A program made the translations under genes and the position numbers. This document shows, piece by piece, positions 48,999 through 63,539 of a stretch of 64,000 nucleotides of DNA. Every line of letters begins with the position of its first letter. The first letter of the stretch is position 1. This stretch comes from the human T2T-CHM13v2.0 reference genome, Homo sapiens. The notes below the pieces were generated by a model. It had not been told where the DNA came from and ran no database searches. It saw only the letters and a program-made list of their open reading frames with translations. The stretch lies in assembly GCF_009914755.1 (NCBI RefSeq), contig NC_060941.1. One strand, 5' to 3'.

Positions 48999-49104
48999 CT
49001 TCAAGACCATTGTGGCCAAGGAGATCTGTGCTGACCCCAAGCAGAAGTGGGTTCAGGATTCCATGGACCACCTGGACAAGCAAACCCAAACTCCGAAGAC
49101 TTGA
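48999..49104 (+). CDS. CCL2: CCL2 coding exon 3
   Basis: Acceptor ccccacag|C. 106 nt: [34 protein letters not shown], stop TGA at 49102-49104. Exons total 76+118+106=300 nt = 99 aa + stop. Confidence 0.99.
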
Positions 49105-49478
49105 ACACTCACTCCACAACCCAAGAATCTGCAGCTAACTTATTTTCCCCTAGCTTTCCCCAGACACCCTGTTTTATTTTATTATAATGAATTTTGTTTG
49201 TTGATGTGAAACATTATGCCTTAAGTAATGTTAATTCTTATTTAAGTTATTGATGTTTTAAGTTTATCTTTCATGGTACTAGTGTTTTTTAGATACAGAG
49301 ACTTGGGGAAATTGCTTTTCCTCTTGAACCACAGTTCTACCCCTGGGATGTTTTGAGGGTCTTTGCAAGAATCATTAATACAAAGAATTTTTTTTAACAT
49401 TCCAATGCATTGCTAAAATATTATTGTGGAAATGAATATTTTGTAACTATTACACCAAATAAATATATTTTTGTACAA
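49105..49478 (+). other. CCL2: CCL2 AU-rich 3' UTR
   Basis: U-rich tracts, TTATTTAA at 49238-49245, two TTTTGTA heptamers (49439-49445, 49469-49475) and AATAAA near the end. Confidence 0.85.
49458..49463 (+). terminator. CCL2: CCL2 polyadenylation signal AATAAA
   Basis: Canonical hexamer about 350 nt after the stop codon, followed by a GT/T-rich downstream element (gtgttttct). Confidence 0.9.
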
Positions 49479-50173
49479 AACCTGACTTCCAGTGTTTTCT
49501 TGAAGGAAATTACAAAGCTGAGAGTATGAGCTTGGTGGTGACAAAGGAACATGATTTCAGAGGGTGGGGCTTACATTTTGAAGGAATGGGAAAGTGGATT
49601 GGCCCCGGTCTTCTCCACTGGGTGGTCTCCTCTGAGTCTCCGTAGAAGAATCTTTATGGCAGGCCAGTTAGGCATTAAAGCACCACCCTTCCAGTCTTCA
49701 ACATAAGCAGCCCAGAGTCCAATGACCCTGGTCACCCATTTAGCAAGAGCCCAACCCCCATTCCTTTTCTCACAGACCCTGACCCCTGCATGCAATTCTT
49801 CCCTTAACATATTGCAACTGCCCCCTAACTGGGCTACCCACCCCCCAATCTGTACCTCTCCAATTAATACCCCAACCTGGAGTAATACAGACACTGCCAG
49901 TATTAGGAAATAAGGAAAGAGTTAATCACCATAGATAAGATGATTAGATTGAAGTTTCATAGAGATGATGAGACCTGAACTTATTATTTATGAATGAAGA
50001 AGGCTTTTCTAGGAAAATTATAGGATCATTAAGAAAGGAGAAGGAAGAGTGGGAGCAAATACCTGGAGGTAGAAATGGTGATGATGTGTACATCAAGCAG
50101 GGAGAAAACCAATGAACCAGATGCGAATTCGGGCCCACACCAATGTCAAGGGATGACAATTAGAAAGGAAGGT

Positions 50174-50180
50174 TGAGTCA
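50174..50180. promoter_or_regulatory. Consensus AP-1 site 3' of CCL2
   Basis: TGAGTCA about 700 bp downstream of the polyA site. Consistent with a recalled 3' AP-1-containing hypersensitive region of MCP-1. Confidence 0.5.
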
Positions 50181-51780
50181 AGGGATTTGAATGTTAGGGT
50201 GAAAAGTTACTACTCAACTCTGTAGGTTAAAAGGAAACGTTGAGAATCTTCAGTCCAATGAGGAGGGATGTGCCATGTTTAGAGATTCAGAGATAAGTTT
50301 CAGGAAATGTAACTTATAGATTTTATACATACACAGAGAAATACGGACTAGTGAGAAGCTATTGCCATGGTCCAAGCAAGAGATGATGAAGGCCTAAATA
50401 TGGAGCCAAAGAGGCAGCAATGAAGAATGAGCCATGCAGGGTGAAATGCTGCATGTTGTAAATGGAGGAGAAAGACCTGTGACTTCAGATATGAAAACCT
50501 CATCTTCAACCCACATTTTAAGGGGGCAGCTTCCCTGAAACCAGAATGTGTTTCCCTCCATTACTATACCCCCATCCCAATCTCAGGCACCTGGAATCAT
50601 CCATTTAAACAGATGAGCCTTCTATTCCTAAATAGCCACCTGAAGTGTGTATTCCTTTGCATGATATTTGTCCCACCTAAAGCATTCGACCTGCCTGGGC
50701 ACCCACACCACGCCAACACTCAGGAAAGCAGATGTCTTGCTCTGTTGAATAAACTGCATGGTTCTTAACTTCCCAGTCTGGTGGGGAAATGACCACTGTG
50801 TCAACCTAGAGCAGGCAGTGCTTTTGGCAGCATGAGGTGCTGGGGACAACTTTGACTGGCAAGAAGCACACTCAGGTTCTCACCCCGCATCCAGCGCTGA
50901 CTCGCTTTGTCAGTCAAGACAGGTCAGATATTCTGAGCCTACATCGATCATACAGGTATGATAATGTGTTACAAATAGGAACCCAGAGGAAAGGTTCCCT
51001 TTCGGATCTGGGAGCACATCTGTTGGAAAACTTCCATTTCTACTAACTGGAGTTGCAGAGGGAGAGAAGGGATTCTGCTTCTACATTCCTGAGCCAGTCC
51101 AGGGTCCCTGAATCAGACTACCGAATCCCTTCAAAGCTCCAAGTACCCTGATATATCAGTCAGCAGACAATTTATTGACAGCTATTTAGAAAACTCACTG
51201 ACCCTCACTCCAGGTCAAGCAGCGTCCCCTGCCTCTCCTCTACCCCTACATTCCCTGGCCTTGATCACCAGTCAGGAGTGAAATCTCAAATTGCAGTAGA
51301 TGCCAAGAGGCAAAAAGAGAATAGAATGCAAACAAATGAGACCTCATCATATGGCTTCCGAGCAGCAACCTTTTGACGCCAGGCAGATTTGAGGCAGACA
51401 GTCTGGGAGGAGAGGAGGCAGAGAAAGGGGGGATCCACATGCTCAAACCCCAAATTAATCTGCTTACATTCCCCTTGCAGGCCACATCTCTTCATTTTCA
51501 GGAAGTCTTGACTCCATACTGTTTTCCACCCAAGCATGGAATTCCTTTCATGATGAAACTGAACACAGGGCATTGGCAGTGGTGAGACTCTGTTTTAGAA
51601 GAAAGTGCCAAGTGCAATGCATTCATTTCCTGTTGCTGCCAACAATCAGTTCCAGGAAATCTAGGCTTTTTATGTCATGCTCAAAATTCTTCCAGCCTAT
51701 GCTCATTATTCAAATCCAAAGCCACATCCACATCTGTAGGTGTTAGTTACAGAAGCACCATATTTCCAGGTACCAAAATC

Positions 51781-52620
<840 letters not shown>

Positions 52621-54621
52621 TAGTTGGACACTAAGACATGGCCTTTGAGATCTGTATCTGGTTTGGTGACTAGATTGTCAGGTAAACTTTTGCAAGTCAC
52701 CTTTTATCTATGGGTTCATAGGCTGTGGATTTAATTTGTGCATTAAATGCTTCCTAAGTGACCTAAGGTATATTGGAGTCACCTGAGGTCTTTCCAAAAC
52801 ATCACAACATCCTCAAAGATTCTGATTTAGAATGTTACAATGCAGGGAAGGCTCCTCTTCCCATTGCTGTATTTTACGAGTTCCCTAGAAGATGGATACT
52901 GGTGCACAGATGAGTTTGATGCCATGTGCTCCTCAGTTCTCTCATATTCAGGTCATTGGAGCCAACAGCCAGTCCTGGTAACCTCTGACTTGGGTTTTCA
53001 TAGTGTCCTTTGTTCTGACCTAGCCTTGACCAATTTACAATCAGGAACAAAAGGGAGCATAGAGTCGAGACATTTAGGACATTGTAAAGTTTGAAATACA
53101 ACTGTTTCACCATCCCAGGCAGTGGAATGGAATTTTTAAAAATGATTTGAACAACAAAATATCCATAAAACCTTTCAGTTTGACAGAGTGGCTTCAGGAA
53201 GAGAGTGGGTTAACAATGTGGCATTCCCATTCTAGCCCGGCAGCCTGATCCTAAAAGACAGTTATGGGTCGGGTGTGGAGGAAGCACAGAAATATGTCAA
53301 GCACTGCGAGTAGAAAGAGATTTTACATGTCTTTACTGGCAGATTGGAAAAGTGCTAGTAATTTTTTGAGAAAATTATGTTGCCAGGAAAATCAGAAGCC
53401 AAGACTGAAAAAGCCTTTGACTATTCTATCTATAAAACAACTTCCGAATCTTCCATGAGCTAGAAACAAGCCATGACAGCCACTGAATTAGGAGGGCATG
53501 TCCACTGAGTTCCATGTACAGTATGGCCAAGGAGAAGAAATGGACAAGCAAGGGCCTCACAGAAGGTGGATCTGGGGCCCCGGACAAGGAAGCCCTTCCT
53601 GCAAGTGAGCTCAGAGCCCCTGTTCCTGTTCCAGGAAGAGTCCCTTTTGATGTCTGCCCAGCAGTATATCAGAATTGCTACAAGTCAGTCATTGCTGTGT
53701 GTCCCCCAGTCTTCCTTGTCCAATGAGAATGTTTACTTTAAGCATCTTGTTCCTATTCCACCTTGTAAATGAGTGTTTAAATTGAGCAGATAAATTGTTC
53801 ATTTTTTAAAAGTACTGTCAATCTTTCATTTGGAGGCTATAAAATTCATTTCCATAAGGTATCATTATCTCTTTTTTAAAGTTTTTAATTTTGAAAAATT
53901 TTGGTTAAAAAATGCATACCATGAAATGTATCATATTTACCATTTTTAAGTGTATACTTCAGTATTGTTAATGTTCATATACTTAACATTGTTGTGCAAT
54001 AGATTTCCATCTTGTAAATCCATCTTGTAAAACTGAAACTGCATACTCATTAAACAATACCTGCTCATTTCCTCCGCTGCCCAGCCCCGGCAACCACCAT
54101 TCTACTTTCCTCTTCTATGAATTTGACTACTTTAGGTACCTTCTGTAAGTGGGATTATACAATATGTGTCTTTTGGTGAATGGTTATTTTATTTAGCATA
54201 ATGTTCTCAAGGTTCATTTATGTTAAGGCATGTGTCAAAATTCCCTTCTTTTTTAAGGTTGAATAATATTCCATTGTATGTATATACCACATTTTGTTTA
54301 TCTGTTCATTCAGTGATGGACAGCTGGGTTGTTTTCATCTCGTGGTTATTGTGCAGGATGCTGTTCTGAATGTGGATATGCAAATGTCTCTTCCAGATTC
54401 TGCTTTCAGTTCCTTTGGATATATACCCACAAGTGGGATTGCTGCATCATTTGGTAATCATATTTTTATTTTTTTAAGATCTACCATATTGTTTCCATAG
54501 TAGCTGCACCATTTTACATTCCCACCAACAGTAAACAAAGATTCCAGTTTTATCGCATCCTTGTCTTCGCTTGTTATTTTCTGTCTTTTTGATACTAGCC
54601 ATCCTAATGGAGGTGAGGTGA

Positions 54622-55083
<462 letters not shown>

Positions 55084-55303
55084 CTGAAATTCTTTATATA
55101 TTCTAATGTTAACCCCTTATCAGTTACATGATTTGTAAGTATTTTCTCTCATTTCATAGACTGACTTTTCATTCTGCTGATTGTGCCCTTCAATACACCA
55201 AAGTGTTTAAGTTTGATGTAATTCCATTTATCTATTTTTGCTTTGGTTCCCTGTGCTTTTGGTGTTATATCAACAAAAAAAAAAAAAAAAAAAAAAAAAA
55301 AAC

Positions 55304-55600
<297 letters not shown>

Positions 55601-55671
55601 TCAAATCCAATATCATAAAGATTTCCCCCTACTTTCTTCTGGGGGTTTATAATTTTACATCTTGCATTTAG

Positions 55672-56019
<348 letters not shown>

Positions 56020-59000
56020 AAGGGTCCAGCTTTAATCTTTTCATTTGGATATCTAGTTTTCCCAACATCAACTGTTTAAGAGACTGACATTTCCTTACTG
56101 AGTGGTCTTGACATCCTTGTCAAAGATCATTTGACCATATACAAGAGATTTTATTTCTGGGCTCTCTATTCTATTCTACTGGTCTATATGTCTGTCTTTA
56201 TGCCAATAACACATTATTTTGATTATTGTAGAATTGTAATATGTTTTGAAATTGATAAGAGTGAGACCTTCAAGTTTGTTTTTCTTTTTCAAAATTGTTT
56301 TTGACTATTTGGAATTATTTGATATTCCATGTGAATTTTAAGATGGGTTTTTCTATTTTGGCAAAGATACCATTGGGATTCTGATAGGATTGCACTGAAT
56401 CTGTAGATTACTTGAGTAGCATTGTTAAGCTGTCAATCTCAACAATATTAATTCTTCCAATTCATACACCTGGGATGTCTTCTCATTTATTTGTATCTTC
56501 TTTAATTTTGGGCAATATTTTGTAGTTTTTGTTGTTCAAGTTTTTACTTCTAGATATTGGCTTATCCCTAATATTTTATTCTTTTCAATGCTATTGTAAA
56601 TGGAATTGTTTTATTAATTTTCTTTTCAAAGTGTTTATTGTTCATGTATATAAAATGTCTGATTTTTGTGTGTTGATTTGTTGTGTTGTATTTGTACTCT
56701 GCCGAATTCCTTTATTAGGTGTAACAGTTCTTTTGCATGTGTGAAATTTTCAGGGTTTTCTACATATAAAGTCATATCATCTGGAAACAGATAATTTTAC
56801 TTCTTCCTTTCCAATTTAGATGACTTTTTTTCTTGTTTTGTTCAGATGGGTCTCATTCCAGTACTATATTTAACTGAAATGACAGAAGCAAGAAAGTGCT
56901 TTCAGTCTTTTTCTATTGTGTATGTTTTTAACTGTGGGCTTTTCATACATGGACTTTATTATGTTGAGGTAGTTTCTATTTCCACACTATTTTCCTAGTG
57001 TGTTGAGTATTCTTATCATGAAAAGATGTCGAATTTTGTCAAATGCTTTTTTGTCATGAATTGAGATTATAATGTAATTTTTGTTCTTCATTCTGTTAAT
57101 GTGGCATATTACATTGATTGGTTTTTGAATGTTGAATTATCCTTCCATTCCAGAAATAAATCCTACTTAGTGATGGTATATAATCCTTTTAATGTGCTTT
57201 TGAATTCGGTTTGCTAGTGTTTTGTTGAGGATTTTTGCATTAATATTCATCAGGTATATTTGCTGGTAGTTTTCCTTTCTTGCAGTGCCTTTGTTCAACT
57301 TTGGTATCAGGGTAATCCTGGTCTTACATAGTAAGTTTGGAAGTGTTTCCTTCTCTTCAATATCTTAGAAGAGCTTGAGGAGTATTGGTATTAAATCTTC
57401 CTTAAATATGTGGTAGAATTCTCTAGAGAAGCCATCTGATTTTGAACTTTTCTTGCTTGGGAGGTTTTTGATTACTGATAAAAGCTTTTTACTAGTTATA
57501 GGTCAGTTGATATTTTCTATTTCTTAATAACTGTGTTTCTAGGAATTTATCCATTTATTATGGTTATTCAATCAGTTGGCATACAATTATTCATAATATT
57601 CTCTAATAATCCTTTTTATTTCTGGGGCATCAATTGTAATGTTCCCTCTTTCATTTCTGATTTTAGTTGAGTCTTCTCTCTTTTCTTCTTACTTAATCTA
57701 GCTAAGGGTTTGTCATTTTTGTTGATCTTTTCAAAACAACAATTTTTTGTGTTGTTGATTTTTTCTTTTGTTTCATTTATCACTGATCCATTCTTTATTA
57801 TTTTCTTCTTTCTGGTAGCTTTGGGTTTAGTTTGTTCTTTTTCTAGGTTCCTCAAGATATAAAGTTAGATTGTTCATTTCAGATCTTTCTTCTTTTTTAA
57901 TGTAAGCACTTACAACTGTAAACTTCCCTCTTAGCATTGCTTTCTCTGCACCACACAAGTTTTGTTATATTGTGTTTTTAACTTTTTATTCTGAACAAAC
58001 TTTAGGCTTACAGAAAAGTTGCAAAAATAGTACAGAGGGTTTCCTTATATTCCTTGCTCAGCTTCCCCTGATACTAACCTCGTACTTTCTTCATGTCTGG
58101 TAAACTTTGCTGTGTCTCTGCTCCATATATCTTCTGCAGTATGGCCTCTGAGTCAAAGGGGCACCCTCATCTGAGTCAAGTCATCCTCATAGTTAAGGGA
58201 GGGTGGAGGAATTCATGAGAATATTAACTTCTGCTCAGAGATGACATATGTGACTTCTGCTTGCACCCAACAGGGCAAAGCTAAATTACTGGTTGCACAC
58301 AGAGAATGTCCTCACTGGGCTGAACGACCAAAATCCCACTAAGGCCCAGAATAATTCTCATCTCAAGTTCTTGCAGGACTTCTAGGACTTCACCTGTCCC
58401 TTCTTTCTAAGACACTCATCTCCTTTTCTTATATCCAATGCAGTATTTCCTGAAAGTCAATCCCCCTTTCAATATCTCTGTTTTGAAAAAACAAGACAGA
58501 TTTAGGAACAACTTGCTCAGGAAGCTATCAGTATCAGTTTGAGTTCCTCCTTAGTATCTCTTCATCCACTACCCATCCTTATTTCCTAATACTAATAATA
58601 ATGAGAGCTAGTTCTTACTGAGCACTAACTGCATTCTGATTATTTTCATTTCACTTTTAATTTTTAACTCATTCTTCACAACAACCAAGAAAAGAAGTTA
58701 CTTTTATTATCTCTATTGTTACAGATGTGGAAACTGAATAACAGATAGAATAAGTAGCTTGACCATGGTTATGCAGGAAAACCAGGCAATGATGCAGGCA
58801 ACCATTTCTTAATCACGTCGTTCAACTGCCTCTCCTGGCACTAAGCAGCAAATACTTTTCTCTGCCTCCTATTTCCCAAGACATTTTGGTCCTTGTTCAG
58901 ATAACATAGAACAATGTGGCTCAAAGGAAACCTCAGCCTATCAAATTCACACCTGGTAAATGTAGGGTATGGATGGGACCATTACCTGAATCTGTGCTCA

Positions 59001-59179
59001 TGGCAAACATTGCATGCCAGTCACAGCACCATGAACTCAAACTCAAAGCAAGGTCTCACAGTGCTCTCCAGGACATCTCTCTGGGCTGCCCTCACTAGTC
59101 AAAAGAGTTGATACCTGAATGGCACCCTATAAAGTCTATTGTCTATGGTGCACATAACAAAACAGAATGGTGGTTACCT

Positions 59180-60400
59180 CTTGGCCCCTGGTGACCACCG
59201 TTCTATTTTCTGCTTCTATGAGTCTGTTTTACGTACCTCATATAAGTGGAATCATTCAGTATTTGTCCCTTTGAAACTAATTCCACTTAGCATAATGTCC
59301 TCAAGGTTCATCCATGTTGTCACAAGTGGAAGGATTCCTTCTTTTTTAAGGCTGAATAATATCCCATTGTGTGTATATACCATATATTCTTTATCCATTC
59401 ATCTATTGATGGACACTTATGTTGTTTTTATAACTTGACTATTTTGAATAATGTAATTACAAACATGGGAATGTAGTGGCATGCCATATTAAAAATACTG
59501 AAAGAAAAAAATCAACCAACAATTCTAGATAAGGCAAAGCTACCCTTTTCAAAAGTGAATAAGAAATGAAGACATTCCAGCCTTCCAAAAAATACTAAAG
59601 AGAGTTCTTCAGGCTGAAGCAAAAGATCACTAAATGATAATTCAAATAAATAAAGAGCATTGGTAAAAGTAACTACATAAGTAAATATAAAAGACAGTAT
59701 AAATACTTTTGTTTATTTGTTTAAAATTATTTGTTTCTTGTATCTGATTTAAAAGGCACATGCATAAAGCACTAACTATAAATCTCTGTTCAGGGGGACA
59801 CAATGTATAAAGGTGTAATTTGTTATGATAACAATGTTAAGATGAGGAGTGGCATGGAGCTACATAGGATCAAGTTTTATACACTATTGAAATTAAAATA
59901 TTAATCTGAAATAGGTTGTTATAAATTATGATGTTAATGATAATCCCCAGGGTAGCCATTAAGAAAATAACTCAAACATATATAATAAAAATGGGAAATA
60001 CAATGGTACAGTAGAAAATATTTATGGTTCATAAAGTAAAGTAGTAATTAAAAAAGTGAGGAACAAAAGAGACATCAATATATAAAAAAGGGAAAATATC
60101 AGATGGTAATCCTATTTCATCAGTAATTACACTAAATGTAAAAGTGTTAAAACCCCCAAGAAGCAAAGGTTGAGTAAATGAATTTTTAAAATAAACCAAC
60201 TGTATGCTATCTATAAGATACATGTTGTAAATCTGAAATCTCAGATAACTTGAAAGTAAAAGTATGGAAAAGTCACCCCATGGAAATGATAATCAAAAAA
60301 GAGCTAGTGGCTATACTGTTAATAATATCAGACAAATAAATTTTAAGACAAAAATTGTTACTGGAGACAAAGAAGGACATTCTTTTGTGACTAAGTGTTA
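59180..60400. mobile_element. Old L1M fragments (antisense 3' end ~59180-59470; sense ORF1-ORF2 junction ~59470-60400)
   Basis: L1 3' UTR motif ataatgtcctcaaggttcatccatgttg, followed by degenerate EN-start sequence (cagtaattacactaaatgtaaa; gacaaagaaggacatt). Confidence 0.65.
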
Positions 60401-61321
60401 AAAATATATATTTTTTAATCTGGAAGGAAATTAACCACTTACATCTTCTGATGTTGATAATGTACAACAATTTTTTTAAATAAGTGTTTCTAATTTTGCC
60501 ATATTTTCTACAACCAGCTTATATTGTTTTTAAATTATTTAAAAGTTTTTACAACATTCTGCAACAATTCAGCAGCCTTTTATTTTTACCATTCCCAGGT
60601 CTTGTAGGTGACAGGTACAGGTCTTTCCATCATAAATATAAGCAGGCATTTTCTCTGGGATCTTAGGCAGGGACATCTTGGGGTACTTCACTTAAGGATT
60701 TTCTGAAGGAAAAAGGTTTAACCAACTGGAACCCATGAGTACTTCCTTGAGCTCCTGACCTGTCTGGGCAGGACCCCCGTGTTCTACTCCAACTTCATCG
60801 ATCATTCAGCAGGTTATCCATGATAGTTGTCTTCCAAAATAAAAGAAAAAAGAAAAAGAAAGAAAAGTCAAAGGAAAGGATTCTGCTTTTTAGAAGCATC
60901 AGGTGGATGGAACGTACACCCTGGGTTAGAAAATATGCTGTTCTAATGTGTTACATTAGAGTGAGCTGGGAAGACTCCATAAATAAGGAGATAGAAAGTA
61001 GGCCAACTCTTCACCAATTTCTGGAGCTGGGAGTAAAAACAATTTGAAAAAGAGATAATCGAGAGAATGAGTAGCCTGAGCAAAGTCATAGGGGTAAGAT
61101 AAAACGACATAAAGCTAAAACCAGAATCAAAGCCTTGCATTGCTCCCAAATTAATATTCAAAGTTGTATAATGCTCAATTCCCCCATTGAATAATTTTCC
61201 TTTTTTGCATTCCATGTCCATGATCCATGGCCCAGTTATAGGCATGAGGACCCCACCCATGGTCTCTCATCAAACCCCTTTTCACTGATATGGAAGGCGA
61301 TTAGTTGGTGATTTTGTAATG

Positions 61322-61366
61322 TGTATGTGAGATGAGGAGCTAGTTGTATGTGAGATGAGGAGCTAG
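61322..61366. repeat. Tandem duplication, 22-bp unit
   Basis: TGTATGTGAGATGAGGAGCTAG at 61322-61343 and 61345-61366. Confidence 0.95.
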
Positions 61367-61599
61367 ATTAGTGGTTTCCAAAATTTATTCTTTGTATTTC
61401 TGAGATATGTGTGTGGGAAGAATGACAAGAAGTCTCTTGTCTCTGATTCAAACTGAAGGTCTCTGATTTTGTCGATAAATTTGCCTTCCCTATATTCTTT
61501 TACTTGGAAAAATATTTTCACAGCTCATTAGATGTTTTAGAAACACAGTATTTTAAGATCTTGATATGCTGTGCAGTTCCGATAGCCTATAAAACAAAT

Positions 61600-61736
61600 A
61601 GTGGTTTTAAAACATATCCTCAAATTATTTTACACTCTTCCCATTAAGAGGTATGACTATGTTCCCTAACCTTGCACCTGGGATCCTTAAGCCATCATGC
61701 AAAATATCTAGCCATGTGGAGGGACCACTGGAAAGA

Positions 61737-61777
<41 letters not shown>

Positions 61778-61968
61778 GAGAGAGAGAGAGACACCTGAGA
61801 AATTCCATCTGGTCCAACTGCTGGCTGTTGAAGTCCTCCCAGCCCAGACCCCAGACACTGAATGAAGGCCTTGTGATATAGTCAAGAGCAAAAAAACCCA
61901 GAAGATTGTTATTGTTTTAAGTCACTGTTTTCAGATAGATTGCTATGCAGCAATAGATTATTGAAATA
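61600..61968 (+). mobile_element. Old MLT1-type LTR upstream of CCL7
   Basis: 3' end ttgttttaagtcactgttt...ttgctatgcagcaatagattattgaaata resembles the MLT1 terminus. 5' boundary is uncertain. Confidence 0.6.
61738..61791. repeat. (CA)n(GA)n compound microsatellite in the CCL7 upstream region
   Basis: CA run, then ta-ca, then a GA run, about 0.8 kb upstream of the CCL7 ATG. Confidence 0.95.
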
Positions 61969-62174
61969 GACACTACAATTTTAGGTACTATTATTCTAAG
62001 AATATTGAATTTTATTTTTCTGCTAATGTTCTATTATTTTACTTTTCTCTGGGTTTTAGAAAGCCACCAGGATTTAAGACAGTGAAGAATCTTTGAGTCC
62101 TTTGTAGAGTTGAACCAAAGTTTGAATGTCTCTTTGTGGACTCGTGTCCTAGGGATACCACTCCAAAGGGAAAA

Positions 62175-62473
62175 GGGGAATATCCCTTACATATCTTTGA
62201 CTTTGGTATCCCTGATTCCTTCCTTTTTCTATAGAATGTGTCTCATTTCAGAGAAACTGGTCTCTTGATAATAGCCATAGATTACATACTGTGGTCTTCC
62301 TCTACATAGACCCTACCTCACCTACCACTCCTGGTCTTAGCTGAAAAACAGGCTAGCCTCGACTCATACTGTCATTTCCTATCCTCCCACTGAAGTGCAC
62401 TGGCTCAGCAGATTTATTACTCCATAGATTTATTACTCCATTCTATGATTCATCCTCTCTGCTTCCTATAAAA
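62175..62473 (+). promoter_or_regulatory. CCL7: CCL7 proximal promoter
   Basis: TATAAAA 62467-62473 at the position homologous to CCL2 AATAAG; kB-like GGGGAATATCCC 62175-62186; GAS-like TTCAGAGAA 62247-62255; RUNX TGTGGT 62290-62295. Confidence 0.8.
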
Positions 62474-62566
62474 GGCAGAGACAGAGCTTCCAGAGGAGCA
62501 GAGGGGCTGAGACCAAACCAGAAACCTCCAATTCTCATGTGGAAGCCCATGCCCTCACCCTCCAAC

Positions 62567-62642
62567 ATGAAAGCCTCTGCAGCACTTCTGTGTCTGCTGC
62601 TCACAGCAGCTGCTTTCAGCCCCCAGGGGCTTGCTCAGCCAG
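62567..62642 (+). CDS. CCL7: CCL7 (MCP-3) coding exon 1
   Basis: aacATGa at 62567. [25 protein letters not shown] + 1 nt (76 nt), donor G|gtaagg. In-frame upstream ATGs at 62537 and 62549. Confidence 0.98.
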
Positions 62643-63421
62643 GTAAGGTCCCTCTCTCCTTCTCCTTGAAGCACATTGCCCCCTCTCTGGGTTATCCTGG
62701 ACCAATCAAGAAGACCTGATACCCACAGTCTCACTTTAACAGCTACTTTTCCAAGATAAGGTAACTTAGAAAAAGGATAAGGGGTGAGCCCAACCACACA
62801 GCTGCTGTTGGGTAGAGCCTGAACTAGAATTCCAGCTGTGAACCCCAAATCCAGCTCCTTCTAGGATTCCAGCTCTGGGAACACCCTCAGTGCAGTTACC
62901 ACTCCAGCTGCTTCCAGCAGAATTTGGGATCAGGGTGATCAAAGACAGGAGGCTTCTGGGGATGGGTGTGCGGGCTGTTTCCAGATACCGGGAGACCCAG
63001 AATCTGGTCTGTGGAAGCCCAGCTTCCAGAAACAGCAGCTCTGCAGAGGTGGTACGTATCAGGGAAACTCATGACCAAGCATTGAATGCTCAGAGCCTAA
63101 AAGGGGATCCATAGTTGGGGTACCCTTGTTCTAAGGAATTGGATTATTATATTAGCCCCTCCTAGCAATGCCCAGAGTAGCCATCAATTCCTCTTCCGTC
63201 TTTCAACTGGTGATGGTGCATCCCTATTTCACAGTCCATAAAAGTGAAAGGGAGTTTATGAAATGCCTCAAAGGGCAGAGACATTGGGTTTGGGATGGGC
63301 AGCTTTTCCCTCCACCTCTTCCTTTCTTTCTGATTCCTTCTTCTTACCATTCCCTGTTTTACAAACAGAAAGACCCAGGACACACCCTCAATGGACTTTT
63401 CTTCTTGTTGTTTCATTGCAG

Positions 63422-63539
63422 TTGGGATTAATACTTCAACTACCTGCTGCTACAGATTTATCAATAAGAAAATCCCTAAGCAGAGGCTGGAGAGCTACAG
63501 AAGGACCACCAGTAGCCACTGTCCCCGGGAAGCTGTAAT
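63422..63539 (+). CDS. CCL7: CCL7 coding exon 2 (CC motif)
   Basis: Acceptor ttcattgcag|TT. 118 nt: (V)[38 protein letters not shown](I). Donor AT|gtatgt. Confidence 0.99.
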
